A DNA stretch of 58,946 nt, filler included, from Sphacelaria rigidula (GCA_964200075.2; 5 parts of 5 records of this genome joined end to end with filler, not necessarily neighbours in it); one strand, 5' to 3'; shown: positions 12,655 to 25,966, counted from the first letter of the whole stretch. Translations and numbers: made by a program. The notes: generated by a model not told the origin, from the sequence alone.

Positions 12655-14899
12655 TCTTGAGTGCGTGTGTGCGTGTTTCGAATAGGAGGATACAAATGAG
12701 AAGCGGGCAACGTGCAGTGCAGACAGACCAGGACTATCAGTTCTCTCTGCTTACAATGCGACGTGGAAATACTTCAGCAACGTGCAGCTTGGTACTGTCT
12801 GCACTGCCCATTAGCGTGCACGAAACTCGGTTGCCCACCGTAACACGCAGTCCCGTCACTAATCCTTACCATGATAGATACGCAAGCGTCAACAAAAAAT
12901 AAAAAGCACTCCCGATTTCTACTGTGCATCTATCCCTGAGATCAACTTGTGCTCTATGCTGCAGGGTTGGGATGGTAGCTAAGAATGAGTTGGATGGGGT
13001 TTGCATGGTCATCTGAACAGGTGTTATCTAGCGTGGTGGTCTGTAAGATAGGAGTGAAGTGCCGCTTCGTACCCTCCGACCGAAAAGCATTGTTTTTCAT
13101 CTCGAGTAAAGGGTGAAGGCCGTGTCTTCAACAAAAATCCGACTCGAACAAGTTCGTGCGGCGGAACTGATTCCATTCGCCTTGCTATGTTGGGGTCCGA
13201 GCGAATTTGCAAGCTTTGAATCGAAAAAGTTAAGCATAATTCGTAAAGCGGTACTTCTTTACTTATATATATATATAGTACTAGTACAGATTATACAACA
13301 GTGGCGGCCTGTACTGCTGTGTGGACAGTGTGTGTTTCGTTCAGCATGCAGGCACGATGTGGAAAAGAAGCGGGCAACGCGACAGAGATCACAGCCTTCT
13401 GACTCTCTGCATACAGGAGGATGCGAAGCAGATTTGAACTACTTGCAGTTTTGCATCGCCTGTACCATACTGTCCCAGTGTATTCATTTTCAATAATATG
13501 GAGGCGGTATTTTTGGAGATTAGGCACCCCAACACAGTACACCAGGCACCTGATGATACTGAAACTTGACGTATGTGTGGACTGAAGCCGCAGGTGTCCG
13601 TTGACGCAGCAGTTTCGGCGATCCAAGGCGTTTTGTACGCTGCGTGGCTTGAAAGGATGATTATGGACGATGCTGCACTGATTCCGAAAATAGCAACACT
13701 TTCTGATGACAATTCTAGAGGGTAACGATATGAAATCCGCGCCGAGGCAGGTGTAGATCTTGCCATCCTTGTTGTTTTTTACATCGCCCCCCTGTTCGAG
13801 GCTGACACCAAGGCCGGAAGTAACCACTAGTTGAGGTTCTCCACATGTTGGAGGCAGACGCCCCTGAGTTTTATACGCCGTGCCGAGCAAGACGCGGCCG
13901 CACAACGCTGCCAAGGAGATGCGTGTCTTCTGTCAAGGACCACTGCGGACCTGCTCGGGCAGGGGGCAACGTCTCCTCGCTCACAGTGCCAGACTTGGCG
14001 TGGGCGTTACCACGACGGTCTGAAAATGACAGGGGCAGTTGCTGTGGTTTTGTTCTATCAGAATCTATCGGATATTCTTCCGTGGTGTGCTCCTACGTCA
14101 AGATATTTACCTTTCTCTGGCAGGCGCGTGATCACCGTTGTGCAGACTTTTCACTTGGTTCCAAAATAGGACAGAGTACAAGTTACTTTTTTTTTTCACA
14201 AATGGACCGCAGGTATTATATCCCTGTCGAGGCGTGGCTCGCATCGTATAGTCAGTTCTACGGTATCTATGGTACTCGTTGTACTGGCACAAGGAACACA
14301 CAGTGTCAACTTCCTCGGGTATTACATTGCGCGGATACATATCGTGCAATAAACGATTTCTACATTCGTAGTGATATGCATCCTTTCCCATCCGGATATC
14401 AAACGCGCGAAAGCTGGTCTGTACCGCCAGGTATCCGTGCTGATGTGGTGACCTCTCTTCCAAGGACGTCTGCCGCCTCTAGTCTCACCATATTTTAGGC
14501 CTTGGAGTATGACCGTCCCCAATTGACGCCGCGGATAATGAATTATACTTTCAGTACATTGCCTCCATAAAAAAGGAACAACGCTGATCCCTGAGTGCGT
14601 TGGCAATTCGATCGCCCACCCCAACACACAAATCCGTCGGTGGACCTGCCACAAAATTACATGGCCAAGTTTTCGTCAACAACAACGAAACACATCATGC
14701 CAAAAGTGTGGTGGTGTCAGTTTCCCATCACGGCAGTGCATATATATCTGCGTTCCGTTCGTGATCTATGCCGCAGGGTTGAGTAGGTAGCTGCGAATGA
14801 ACCATATGGGATTTGCGTGAATCGTGAAAGGGTAGTATTTGGCACGGTTGTCTGCAACACAGGAGCTACGTGCCCCTTCGTTCATTCCGCCGCTCGTTT

Positions 14900-16600
14900 C
14901 GCTCGAAAAAGCTGCAAGTAAGCTCTTCTGTTTTTGACCCTGCCCCTCGCACGCAACTAATTATAAAATGAAGTTGAAGTCGTTTGAGAACATAAATGCC
15001 GTGGACGTATCTGATACTGCCTCGTAGCGACCAATTCGACTCGACCGCATGTTTTCGAGTCATTTTTTTTTGTAAGACACGGCCTAATTCTTCTCCGCGC
15101 GCCGCTAATTATAATGTTGAGTTGAAGCCTTTTAGGAACGGAGATGCGGTGGACGTATCGGATCGGCAAAAAAAAATCGACCGCACTTTTCCGATCGAGG
15201 AAAACAGTGCTAAGACACACCCTAAGGGCGTGTCATGTCAAATTGTTCTCGACTCGAAAACGTACGGTGGAATCGAATTTGCCCGTACCTGATACGTGCA
15301 CGGCATTCATGTTCTCAACCATCTGAGATTATCAATAGAGTAGACGGATCGGAAACGAGCGAAATCGATTCGACCGCACGTTTTCGAGACGAAAACAATT
15401 TGATGAGACACGGCCTAAGTGTGTGTGTGTTAGGCCGTGTCTTGGCACATCAGTTTTCGATTAAAAAAGTGCGGTGGAAAACAAATGTCCCGATCTGATA
15501 GATCGTGATTTCAACCATGTTTTAAATAAACTACGATAGTTGAAATCACCACCTTTGAGTTCTCCGTTTCCACCGCGCACATTTTCGATCGAAAAATAAT
15601 TTACCAAGACACGCCCTCAGGCCGGATGTTATGGCAAATAGATATTTGGCCCATGGACGGTTCACTTTTGGGACGTTTGACCCACTTCTTGACCCCCAAA
15701 CCACAGATTATTGGGCAAACTACCGTATGTATGTTGGTAGGCACAGATCATTGCACACGGATTATTGTGCAGCGGCAAATGTCGAAACCTCGGAGCCAAG
15801 CAAATCTGAAAAGCAGAATAAACTTCTCCCTGTAGGGCGATGCAAAGTGTCCGAGACGTGCAATGGCGATTTTCCCTGTTTGGGGGTCAAAAAGTGAGTC
15901 AAACGTTCCAAAAGTGAATGATACGTGGGCCAAAAATCTGTTTGCCGTAACATCCAGCCTGAACACATCAATTTTCGATCGAAAAAGTGCGGTGGAGAAC
16001 AAAAATCCCGATCTGATGAGTCGTGATTTCAACGATCTTCAAGGTTAACTACAAGGGTTGAAACTACCACCTATCAGATTGGTATTTTGTTTTCCACATC
16101 ACAATTTCAATCGAAAACTCATGTGCAAAGACACGCCCTTGGCACATTAGCTTTCGATCGAAAATGAGGGGGGTGGAAACTGAAAACTCTGATCTGATAG
16201 GTCGTGATTTCAACGATCGTAGTTCATGTTGAAGATGGTTGAAAGCACGACCTATCAGATCGGGATTTTTTGTTTTCCACGCACTTTTACTATCGAAAAA
16301 TTATCTGCTAAGACAAGGCCTTCCAGATCAGAATATTTGTTATCCGCCACAATTTTGCGATGGAAAACAAAAATCCCGGTCTGATAGGTTGTGATTTCAA
16401 CGTTGTTCAAAAGGAATGACGATGGTTGATATTACGACCTATCAGATCGGAGTTTTCCTTTTCCACGGCACATTTTGGATCGAAAAATAATGTGGTAGGA
16501 CACGGCCTAATTAGGCTATTTCTCATGTATGAAAAAACACGTTGTCAGACAAGACATTTTTCAACAGCACGTTTTTCAACAGAATTTTTCAGAGTAGCCC
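14900..16600. mobile_element. Cluster of Tourist/PIF-Harbinger-like MITEs
   Basis: Several 190-340 bp palindromic units with GGCCGTGTC..GACACGGCC-type ends flanked by TAA/TTA-like triplets (e.g. about 15226-15417, 15433-15616, 15620-15959). Shared core TCGATCGAAAAAGTGCGGTGGA..CCGATCTGATAG. Further copies at about 11920-12015, 17800-17910, 18600-18750 and 20840-20910. Confidence 0.8.
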
Positions 16601-16959
16601 TTCTTACGTGATTGACGCGCTATCAACACCGACTACGCGGTGTTTCTCGTTTTCTATGAGGTGTGCAGGCACAATTTCAAATTCTGGGGCGCACGAGAGA
16701 GACGCAGCACTCTGCTGTCCTGTCGTGGTGTACGGATCGTACTGACTGTCTCTACTACTGTGATACATTGCCTGAGCAATACATGGTGGGCTGCGTGACG
16801 CAAGACCATCAACAAGAACACCGCCTTGCTGTACCAACTGACTGTAGAAGTGACGGTTGTGCTTCTTCACTGCACGGTAGTACTTGACTGAAATAACAGC
16901 CCGGACAACAGTAGTACACAGGACAGAGCTGTATTGCATGCATTGGCTGTATAATAGTA

Positions 16960-17265
16960 CTACAACAGTAGCACTACTCATAGTCTTGTGTCTACTGTCA
17001 GTATGGTCCTGTATCTACAAGGCTTGGGTGCGTAGGCAGCCTGTACTGCAGAGCGACGTCTCTTCGCAACACGCTACATCCACAGACAACAGTACAGACA
17101 CCACTGTCGTATTGTATGCGTTGGATGTGCTACAGTAGTAGCACTATTTATCTCATACTCTTGTATGTACCATCAGCCCGGTCCTGTCTCTACAAGGCTT
17201 GGGTGCGTGGGTATTCTGTAAAGCATTGCGACGACTTTTCGCAACACGCTGCATGCACAGACATG
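16960..17265. repeat. Two-copy direct repeat, unit about 175 bp
   Basis: GTCCTGT.TCTACAAGGCTTGGGTGCGT...TCGCAACACGCT.CAT.CACAGACA occurs at about 17006 and 17181. Confidence 0.75.
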
Positions 17266-17912
17266 AACTGAGATATACGGACGACATACAGCTATGAACA
17301 GCGGATCCTCAAAAATGGGGTTGAACGAAAAAGTGAGGTTCGACTCAAAAGCCGTGCTTTCACTGACCTGAAGCCATAAAAAATGACTTTCATATGGACG
17401 ACCTCATCCATGCCGACCTGGACAGCAGTCGTCATCGACCCTGCCCGCTGCTGTTCTCATGGGGTAAAGGGCCACCACGCTACTGGCGAGCGAAGGACAA
17501 TGATGCAACATGCTGAATGCCCGCGAGCATCAGCGACAGCATCAGTAGTTATGGCAGCCAAGCCATCACAGGTGCTGTCGTGGGCTGTAATGTGTGTTCA
17601 AACGAGGTTCAAACGCTTTTTCGATCACATTTTTTGATAGCCCGAGGTTATCGGAAAATCCTAATTTTCTGATATCTTTGATCGGAAAATGTTATCAGAT
17701 TTTTTTTTATCAGAAAAGGCGTTTTCTGATCACATAATAAGTGGGTTTGTGGTCATTACCAGAAAACGCGTTTTCTGATGGAGGTTTTTTTATGCATAAG
17801 TAGCCTTAGTATATCATTTTTCGATCGGAAATAGTGCAGTGGATAACATACATTCCGATCTGGAAGGCCGCTCATTTTCGATAAAATAATAATGTTCCAA
17901 AACACCCTGTTA

Positions 17913-18423
17913 GGCCGCTCCTTATAGCAGACAATAATAAAAAGCTGGAGAAGTGCCTTGGAGTTTCTACAATCGTTTTACGCCCTAAAAGAGAGCTTGG
18001 TAGAGCTTGATACCTTGAAATTACTTGCTCTACTTGTGGAGGCGGTTCCAGGACATCTTCCCGTTTCTCGGTGGCCGCAGTTTGAAGTTTGGCCAAACAA
18101 GGATGTTTGGCCAAGAACAGTCAAATCTAAAAAAAAACTATGATGGATTTCTAGATAGATTTCTAGATTTGACCGTTCTCGGACAAACATTCTCGTTAGA
18201 TTTCTAGATTTGACCGTTCCTGGACAAAAAATCTTGTATGGCCAAAATCGAAACTGCGGCCACCTGAGAACAAGATTTATCCCTGGACCATCACAACGAG
18301 TAGAGCAAGTCATTTCAAGGTTTCAAACTTTGCCTAGCTCTGTTTTAGGGCCTAAAACGACGGAGAAGCTCCAAAAAGGCACTTTTCCAGGTTTTTTATT
18401 TTGGTCTTGTAGAAGCAGCGGCC
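17913..18423. mobile_element. Foldback MITE with inverted arms of about 220 bp
   Basis: GGCCGCT...GCGGCC termini; the arms align along their length (e.g. TACTTGCTCTACT / AGTAGAGCAAGT). Confidence 0.8.
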
Positions 18424-18754
18424 TTGATTGCCTTGAGCCAACTCTTATGAGAGCGTTCAGAATTTTATTATGCAATAATTTTATACGATTTTTTTTTCTT
18501 TGCCGTAGTGTGGTATTTTGTGCCCGTTCACCATGATGAAGAAAGAAAAAAAAATCCTCTGAAATTGTTGCAAAATAAAATTTCGAACGCTCCCATACGA
18601 GTTGGCCTTAGCACATCATTTTTCGATCGGAAAAGTGCGGTGGAAAATAAATATTCCGATCTGATATGTGGTGATTCAACCATCCTCAAAATAAACACCC
18701 AAATTGAAATCATGACTCATCAGATCAGAGTTTTCCTTTTCCACCGCATACAGA

Positions 18755-19140
18755 GCCGGTCGCCCCGGTGGCTCAGTCGGTAACCTTGAACCCTTCGGAC
18801 TGTTGGGTCGTGGGTTCGAATCTCACAAGACCCACAGATATGGGCAAGAATTTTGACTGGCACGATTTTTCGACCAGAGCCTCTCAATATATCGAAATGC
18901 GGCGACCGTTCTTCAAAATCAGATGAGAGAATCGAGGGTGAATTGAGTGGTCAAATAGCTGTGATCGGCCCACACATTGCGCCTCTGCGAGTCAGACAGG
19001 TGCTACCATCAATCGCTTGGGATACAGCAGGACCGTGCTGGCTCGGTTTGTTTGCCCCAACCTGCACGCGTCCGCCTTGCGTGTTTTCTCCGATCACAAC
19101 ACCCGACTACAACTGAAGTACCAAAGAAGAACAACAAACA
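18755..19140 (+). mobile_element. tRNA-headed SINE with a family B head and a distinct body
   Basis: GCCGGTCGCCCCGGTGGCTCAGTCGG (A box) and GGGTTCGAATCTC (B box). The acceptor stem cannot close, so this is not a tRNA. A-rich end at about 19120-19140. Confidence 0.65.
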
Positions 19141-19725
19141 GCTGCAGAGTCGTCATGTAATAGTTAAACTTTGTGTACAGCACCTTGATCCCACCTACGG
19201 CATGCAGCAGTACAACTGTTGAGGCAATCTCCAGCGCACATCGCACCATGCTCGTCGTAGAGTGTTTAAATGCACAACAGCACAGCGACAACTACACCTC
19301 TCAGTAGAAATGATGGTTGTGGGATGCGCCTTGTTCGATTAACGGAAAACGAAGCAGCCAACACACAACAAAGTGTAGACAGCTCTGCGGGCCGCCAATT
19401 ATTATTTCCCTTATTTTCTGTTGATGCGAAGGCAGTGACAGTAAGGCAACTGACGCAGTCCCAGTGGAGACCAAACCGTCTTCGCAAAGCCACCAACACA
19501 CCACAGCGCAGTGACAGCTATAGCACATGAGAGGGGGCGTGAGTGTGCTTGTGCTCCAGCACGGTGAAACAGGACATGTCCCATGTCATGATGTCATGAT
19601 CGTTCTTCCCCTCATTTACGACGAGTCGTCAATTTTTGCCGAGTGCTGATTTTCAAACGCTCGGCCATGATCGGGCTTCGTGCGAAAATCATTTTATTCC
19701 ACTTTCAGTTACCCCTATCTGTGGG

Positions 19726-20365
19726 GTGTGTGTGAGTGTGTGTGTTGTCGTCCCATCTATACTGGGCGGCCGGTCTACACCTTAGGGGATATGTGGGCGC
19801 ACCAGCCGGGGGTTACACAGGAGGAAGGTGAACACGGGAGCTTTTTCTTTTTTATTTGTTTTTAGTACCCCACCTTCCTGCTGTGGTGCTCGCCTTTTAT
19901 TTTTTATCGCGAGAGGGATTCTGCAGTGCCTTTCCCTCGTCGAACGTTGAGGCGGATTTTGTGTACCCACGACAGAGTCGCTTTCCATCGTTGAGCATTG
20001 TGTGAGAATTGAACCCACGACCCAACCGTCAGAAGGTTTCGAGGTTACCAAGTGAGTCACCGGGGCGACCGGCAGGGGGATGAGCCGAGTTTTTCCCACA
20101 CCATGACCAACAGAGGAGAGTGACTGTCGTGGGTAAATGAAATTGGACTCGATGGTCAACGAGGGAAAGGGACTGCTGAACCCCTCTCGCGATAAAGAAC
20201 ACAGGCAAGCAGCGCAGAAGGAAGGTGGAGAATTGTAAACAAACAAATGGAAAAAAAAATCCCGTGTTGTCCTACCTCCTGTGTGACTCCGACTGGTGCG
20301 TCCACATATACCGAAAGGTGTAGACCGGCGTCCAGAATAGATGGGACGACAACACAACATACACT
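19726..20365. mobile_element. Family B composite: reverse tRNA-headed SINE plus an inverted headless arm, with (CA)n ends
   Basis: 19726-20073 (minus strand) runs from a tRNA-like head to a GATGGGACGACAACACACAC tail. 20075-20365 (plus strand) repeats the body and tail in inverted orientation. Another tail copy at 46993-47138. Confidence 0.8.
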
Positions 20366-20392
20366 CCGCGCAGTGTCTGAAGCTACTTACGA

Positions 20393-20787
20393 TGCATTTT
20401 TTTATCCTTCTTCGTCGTTTTTCGCCCGAAACGAGGGCTAGGCGGATGTTGACAACTTGGAACGACTTGCTGAACTCGTTGAGACCGTTCCAGAGCAGCT
20501 TCGCGTTTTCCGTAGGTCACGATTTCGTTTTTGACCAGACGTGCATTTTCAATATGAAACTGTCAAGTCTTGAAAACCAGGGGGAAAACTGAAAACTGCC
20601 ATTTTTTTACAACTTGACCGTATGCTACTGAAGATGCAAGTTTGATCAAGAACGAAATCGTGACCTACGGGAAATGCAAAGGTGGCCTGGAACCTTCTTA
20701 ACGAGTAGAGCAAGTCACCCCAAGGTGTCAACATCCCCCTGGCTCTCTTTTCTGGCTAAAAACGATAGACAAGTGTCGGAAATGCAC
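20393..20787. mobile_element. Foldback MITE related to 17913-18423
   Basis: Long inverted arms (CGTAGGTCACGATTTCGTT / AACGAAATCGTGACCTACG); shares ACGAGTAGAGCAAGTCA with the 18296 region. Confidence 0.75.
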
Positions 20788-23521
20788 TTTTCAACAATCT
20801 TCTTTTCTTATTATACGTGATAATAAGTAGCCTTTGCACATTTTTTTTCGGTCGAAAAAGTGCTGTCAATTTTTCCTCCTTCGATCTGATAGGTCCACCG
20901 CATTTCTGGTCGAAAGGCACGAAGCGGCACTTGACTTCTATCTTACAGACCACCACGCCAGATACCACCCCGTTCACAGAACCACGAAAACTCCACGCAA
21001 TTCATGATCAGCTACTACCGCAACCCTGCAGCATGGAGCGCGAGTTGAGCACAAGGAAAAAAACATCGCAGTAGTCGGGTATGCCTTTTATTTTTGTTCG
21101 CGAAAACCTGCGCATCTTCTGTCATGGTAGGGATTGGCGACGGAGCTGGGAACCATCACTATCGAGGACGTCATTGGTTCCAACGCTCCCGGACTCCCTC
21201 ACTACATTCATTCCATTCCCTTTACCCTGTAATGCAGTTTGGTTTGACTACAAGTCACGCAGTAGCTCAGCTATGGAACTCAGCTGGCTAGTCACCATCC
21301 CCAAATGTTCAAGAACACCGATTACTGGAGCAGGCCTACCATCTTGCTGTACCATTCTGCTCAATCGGCTGTAACACTAGTGTATTCCGTGGCCCGTGGC
21401 GAAGGATAGATAGTTTGATACTTGTGTTATCGGAGAATGTCTTGACAGAGTCGAACCTCGGTAGTGGGGATCAGACGAAGAGTGAAACCAAGCGGCAGCG
21501 TCTCTTGCCGGCTCAAGCATGATATCGCAGTCACGCATACTCTACTACCGGTACCCGTGTGTCAGCATAAATCTATGCGCACATGTACATCTCACTGATT
21601 TGTACCTGTTCACATGAACACCTTGTCACATCGCACTGTGCAAGTACAGGCATTCATGTGCCGTCTGTACTGCACACTGCTCGTTTTTTTTCACGTCCCA
21701 CCATACGAAACACACCATATGCACAGCAGAGACAGCAGAGTACTGTCTGTAGTGGTTACAACTTCACGAATTGCACGGTCTTTTTTCAATCTAAAGCTTG
21801 CAAATTCGCTCAAAACCCAAGTCGCACGAGGCCAACGAATTCGCTCGAATCAATTCCGAGTCATCCCACGGTAGGGCGCGCGGGGGGGGGTATTTCGGGC
21901 CACACTTCTGAACCTCTGCCTGCGTAGGCCTCGTGCGCAGTAGTAGTATTGGCTTCGGCACGGCCCGCTGTCAACCGATGAGCTCTGCTTGCCTTTACCT
22001 CGACCCTGCGGCGTCCCAAACCCTCGACATGATTTCTTTAGCATTATTTCTCGCTGAGCTCGCACTTCCCACCTACCCACTCGAAGGAAGTGAGTTCCCG
22101 CTTTGCCGATGGCACAATTGCAGCCTTTTCCCTGCTACCAGTCCCGGTCGAAGCTCTCCTCCATCGACATGTGCCCCGCCGCGAGCTACTGCTGTATCGC
22201 CGGAATGGCTGGACGCGACGGCATCCGAAGCTGCTCGTAGATTGCGGGGGGGTGTCTTGCCTTCCCAAAAGGTCGTGGGCTTCCTTAACCATTGCTCCGG
22301 TCATTCCCAGCAGGTCGGTAATAATGACTTCCTGAAACATACACGCTTTTGTATTTCATTAGCGTGGTGCGAGTGATGGGATACATGCCAAATGCTCGCG
22401 ATACGGCATCAAATACCCCTTCTGGTCGAGTGACGCGGCCAGTCACATCGTCGATTCCATACTTGTGTGCTGGTCTTCTGCCTCCAATCCCTCCAATCCG
22501 CCACACAACATGCTGTAGTTACAGTGTTTTCGGGACTCGAGTCCGTCGACCGCAGGTATATACGCGGGCCCAGCATACCGTCTACGCGGACCGAATTTTA
22601 TAATCTGGAACCCACCCATTTCCGTCATCACGGTAAGCACGTCCAACTTTACAAGTAGCGCGTCTCTCAGGAGACGATGCAGCCCAATTTTGTTCATAGG
22701 GTGCGGGGCGTCACCCCGCGCACCCCAGACATTGGTCATGACGGGTGTGATGTTTGCCTGGTGTAAATGTATGCGGTATCGCAGCCGGTGGGGTCGGGAA
22801 ACGTAACGCATGGGCTAGGTTGCTGCTAGGCAGCCGCTGCAGATTGAATGACGGTATGATGACCCGCAGTTGTACCCTGCTGCGAATGGGCAGTGGAGTC
22901 TAGTGTATCACGCTTCAACTCCGCTGGGCGCTGGAGAATTTCGGTAAACCCTTGGCGATTTCCGTCCGACGTGGCGGCACTTTCTCCCCAACGATTATTT
23001 CGGCTCGCGCCGAAATTCACCGATTTCATGTCGAGCGACCTCGTCGACAGACAAGTCCTTTTTCGTACAGGACCTGGTCCCCGACGTCGTGGTGGTCCCC
23101 CACGCTGCCGCCGGTGCCCGAGGCAGCAGACTCGGCAGCATGTTCATGAATGTGATCCATGTAGACGAAACGATGCGAATCCTCACAGTACTGAAGTACA
23201 GTACTCACGATGTGCCGTTCTTTGTTTTGTCTCGACCCTTTGACTGCGAGCTTTGGCTAGGAACAGTATCGCCGGCTGACAGTCCCAGGCTTGAAAATGA
23301 CGCAGGGAGTGCTTCTCCGATGACTCTTCGGGGTGGTGGGGGGGGTTCCAGATCATCGGAGAAACCTTCCTGGATCGTCCATAATACATATGTTCGATGA
23401 GAATGTCTGGGTTGAGCGGCGGGCGCACAGGGGAACGATTTTTTTTTTTTCGAATTGGTCAAACCAGCCGGCTTTACTCGAGGTCGTCGCGGGGAGTTTT
23501 CACGGTTGAAACACACTTGCC

Positions 23522-23621
23522 NNNNNNNNNNNNNNNNNNNNNNNNNNNNNNNNNNNNNNNNNNNNTTAATTAATTAANNNNNNNNNNNNNNNNNNNNNNN
23601 NNNNNNNNNNNNNNNNNNNNN
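23522..23621. other. Artificial contig spacer
   Basis: N44-TTAATTAATTAA-N44. Confidence 0.97.
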
Positions 23622-23689
23622 TCCGTTCCGGCTTTGTAGGGATGCGAGGTCAATGGTCTGATGGCTATGGCATGCATGATCATGAGTAC

Positions 23690-23920
23690 ACCCCCGGAAC
23701 CAGCCCAAAACTGTCGCGAAGAAAATGCCCATACAGAGCCTGATGTTGGGTTTCAGGCTGCATGAGGCGCTTCATATTGGTGACATTGGTGAGAACGAAC
23801 CCAAGCATGGGAATACTCAGCTGCTCGTTGTGCTCGGCCTTCTTCGTTTCGATATACGTGTAGACTTTGCCTCCCCTAACCAGCCACTTTTTGGAGGGGG
23901 GGCTATCGTAAAAGGTGTTT
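23690..23920 (-). mobile_element. GACAC-type MITE, uninterrupted copy
   Basis: Reverse-complement homologue of 30725-31183 without the nested insertion. Confidence 0.75.
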
Positions 23921-25966
23921 TCAACACACAAGAGCTCGAGCACGAATTGTGATGCCTGTATAAGACATCCACAAGTGCTACGGTAGCGGTGCATCGTTTT
24001 GACCGAAAAATGTCTGAGGCACTTTCACGTCGTGAAACGAAAAAACCAATTCTTAATATTGTGGGCTGTCTGCCTACGAGAGGATTGACCTTTGTGTAGA
24101 TGTAACTTTGTTCTCACTTCAAAAGTTCGAGTGCGCAAGGGTCTGTATCTAGCTTCAAAACGCCTACCGTATCTTGACTCCAGAGGAATTTGTGCGCGTG
24201 GCTCAGCATTTCGTACTTTGGTCACCCACAACAATGGGCTGCATACACACATCCTACAGCCGCAAACTCGGTTGAAACGGTGCTCAGGGTGTGCGTACTA
24301 ATTGGCACCGTGAATTGACTGGCAGTGATCAAGCCGATTCCTCTATCCATGTTCTTCTCTTGTAACTTCGATATGCTGGATGTTTTGGTCAACATTTTCA
24401 GTGCTGCTGATGGGAGATATAGCGTCTTTTACGGGCCACTGGTGAATTTTGTAGTGTCCTTGGCGTCGAAAACGTTCAATGTCAAGACTCCTTCGGACAC
24501 GGCTGAAGCGGGTAAGAACCTCCATGAAACACAGACGGTGAATATGTGCTTCGTCTAAATGATCACAGATGTCGCAATTGGTACGTGACAGAAATCTCGC
24601 GGGGTCGTGGCCTATATATTAGTGGAAATTCAGGTGACCATGAAGTGCCACAATTTGAAATATAGAACCATGCAGAGCTCATGATCGAGACTGCATTGGT
24701 GTGCGAGTCAAGTCACGAACTCATCGCGGTATATATCGAAACGGTCAGTGGTGCAAGAACACTGTATTGTAAGCAGACACACAAGAAGCTGTATCAACTT
24801 CGATTGTACAACTTCCTGGATCTCTGTTGGATCATGGGGCCATCCATGCGAGCAACAGTTCAATCGACGCCCTCCCCCCCCTACCCTGTCTTCACGATCG
24901 CGAAGCAGTTGATCCATTTCTGGAGCGTCGCTCACAGTACGGGCGGTCGATGCGTACGCTCATGCTCGACCCGGCTAATCTCCCGATCTCTCCCGTGCTC
25001 CTTTCGAAAAAGGAGCAGCCAGTACCATCGGTGCTTCCGTGCATACAGCTCCGCGTACTGAGAAGCAAACTCATTCCGTTCTGGTGAAGCATACCAAGGG
25101 AGTTTCCCGTGCTCCCAACGCTAAAACATTTGACCAAGTAAAAAGACGTCGCTTCAACGTAGGACAACAACACACGTTGACCGTATCAAGCTGGATGGTA
25201 ACAACTAGGTGTTTAACCCCTCACATATTTGATCTTACATATCTTTCGGGAACTCGGCATACTAGTTCAGCCGCCTTGAATTTTCATTTTTTCACCAGAA
25301 TCTCGCTATTGTGAAGCGTCAATTGCGGCACGTTTGTAAAAAGAACGCACCAGGACAATGCTGTACAGAGGGGGGCGGGGTACCGTTCTGGGCGTAAACA
25401 AAGCGGCCGCACAGACCAGTATCTGGAATTCTGGTGTGCCAGCGGGTAGTGTAGTAGACAAAAAGATTCCACTGCCGAGATCTCGGTATGTTAGTACTGG
25501 AGTCTGTGCTGCACGCAAGGTCGGGTCTTCTCTGCTGTTAGCATCGTTTTCGATAGGGTTCCGCGCAGGGTACCGCATAAAAAAGGATTGGGGTAGAAGA
25601 GGGTAGATCATGAGAGGCGTTTTACCTGCGTGCTTCAAATTGGAAACCGTCGTTCGAAGATTTGCGTGCGGCTTGTCTGATGTGCCGTTCTGTATGTGTC
25701 TCCTCCGCTGGGTGCTGCGCTTACACTGGGGTACGCGCGCGGTCGGAGGGATAGAAGGTAATGACGAGATAGGGTTGCAATAAAACTTAGGCGCATGCGG
25801 TAGCCGCAGAATATTCGACATGCGCGAAACGTCCTGAGAATAGAAAAATTGAACATGTCTTTGTTGTGGGCGTCAAGGTCACGTAGTTCTAGTTACCATT
25901 ATTTGTTCACAATTTGAAATAATCATGATCACGCGGCACGGTCAGAGCGGCACTGTCCTTCCTACA

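Noticed and set aside
13770..13810. SPPC motif suggesting a cytosine DNA methyltransferase
   Set aside because: It lies in a different frame from the surrounding protein-like text, and the other DNMT motifs (FxGxG, ENV) are absent.
16010..16050. CTGATGA hammerhead-ribozyme core candidates (also about 13550 and 13703)
   Set aside because: No correctly placed GAAA with three closing stems.
14900..16600. CRISPR-like array of palindromic repeats
   Set aside because: Units are long and diverged, lie in both orientations with irregular spacing, and no cas genes are present. The pattern fits MITEs.
18755..18835. Possible tRNA genes (also at 1710, 20004-20073, 33010, 56270)
   Set aside because: A and B boxes are present, but the 3' acceptor strand does not pair with GCCCCGG and each continues into repeat sequence. 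These are SINE heads.
25306..25856. 171-aa and 73-aa minus-strand ORFs downstream of the methyltransferase
   Set aside because: No recognisable domain, and no phase-consistent exon chain could be built.
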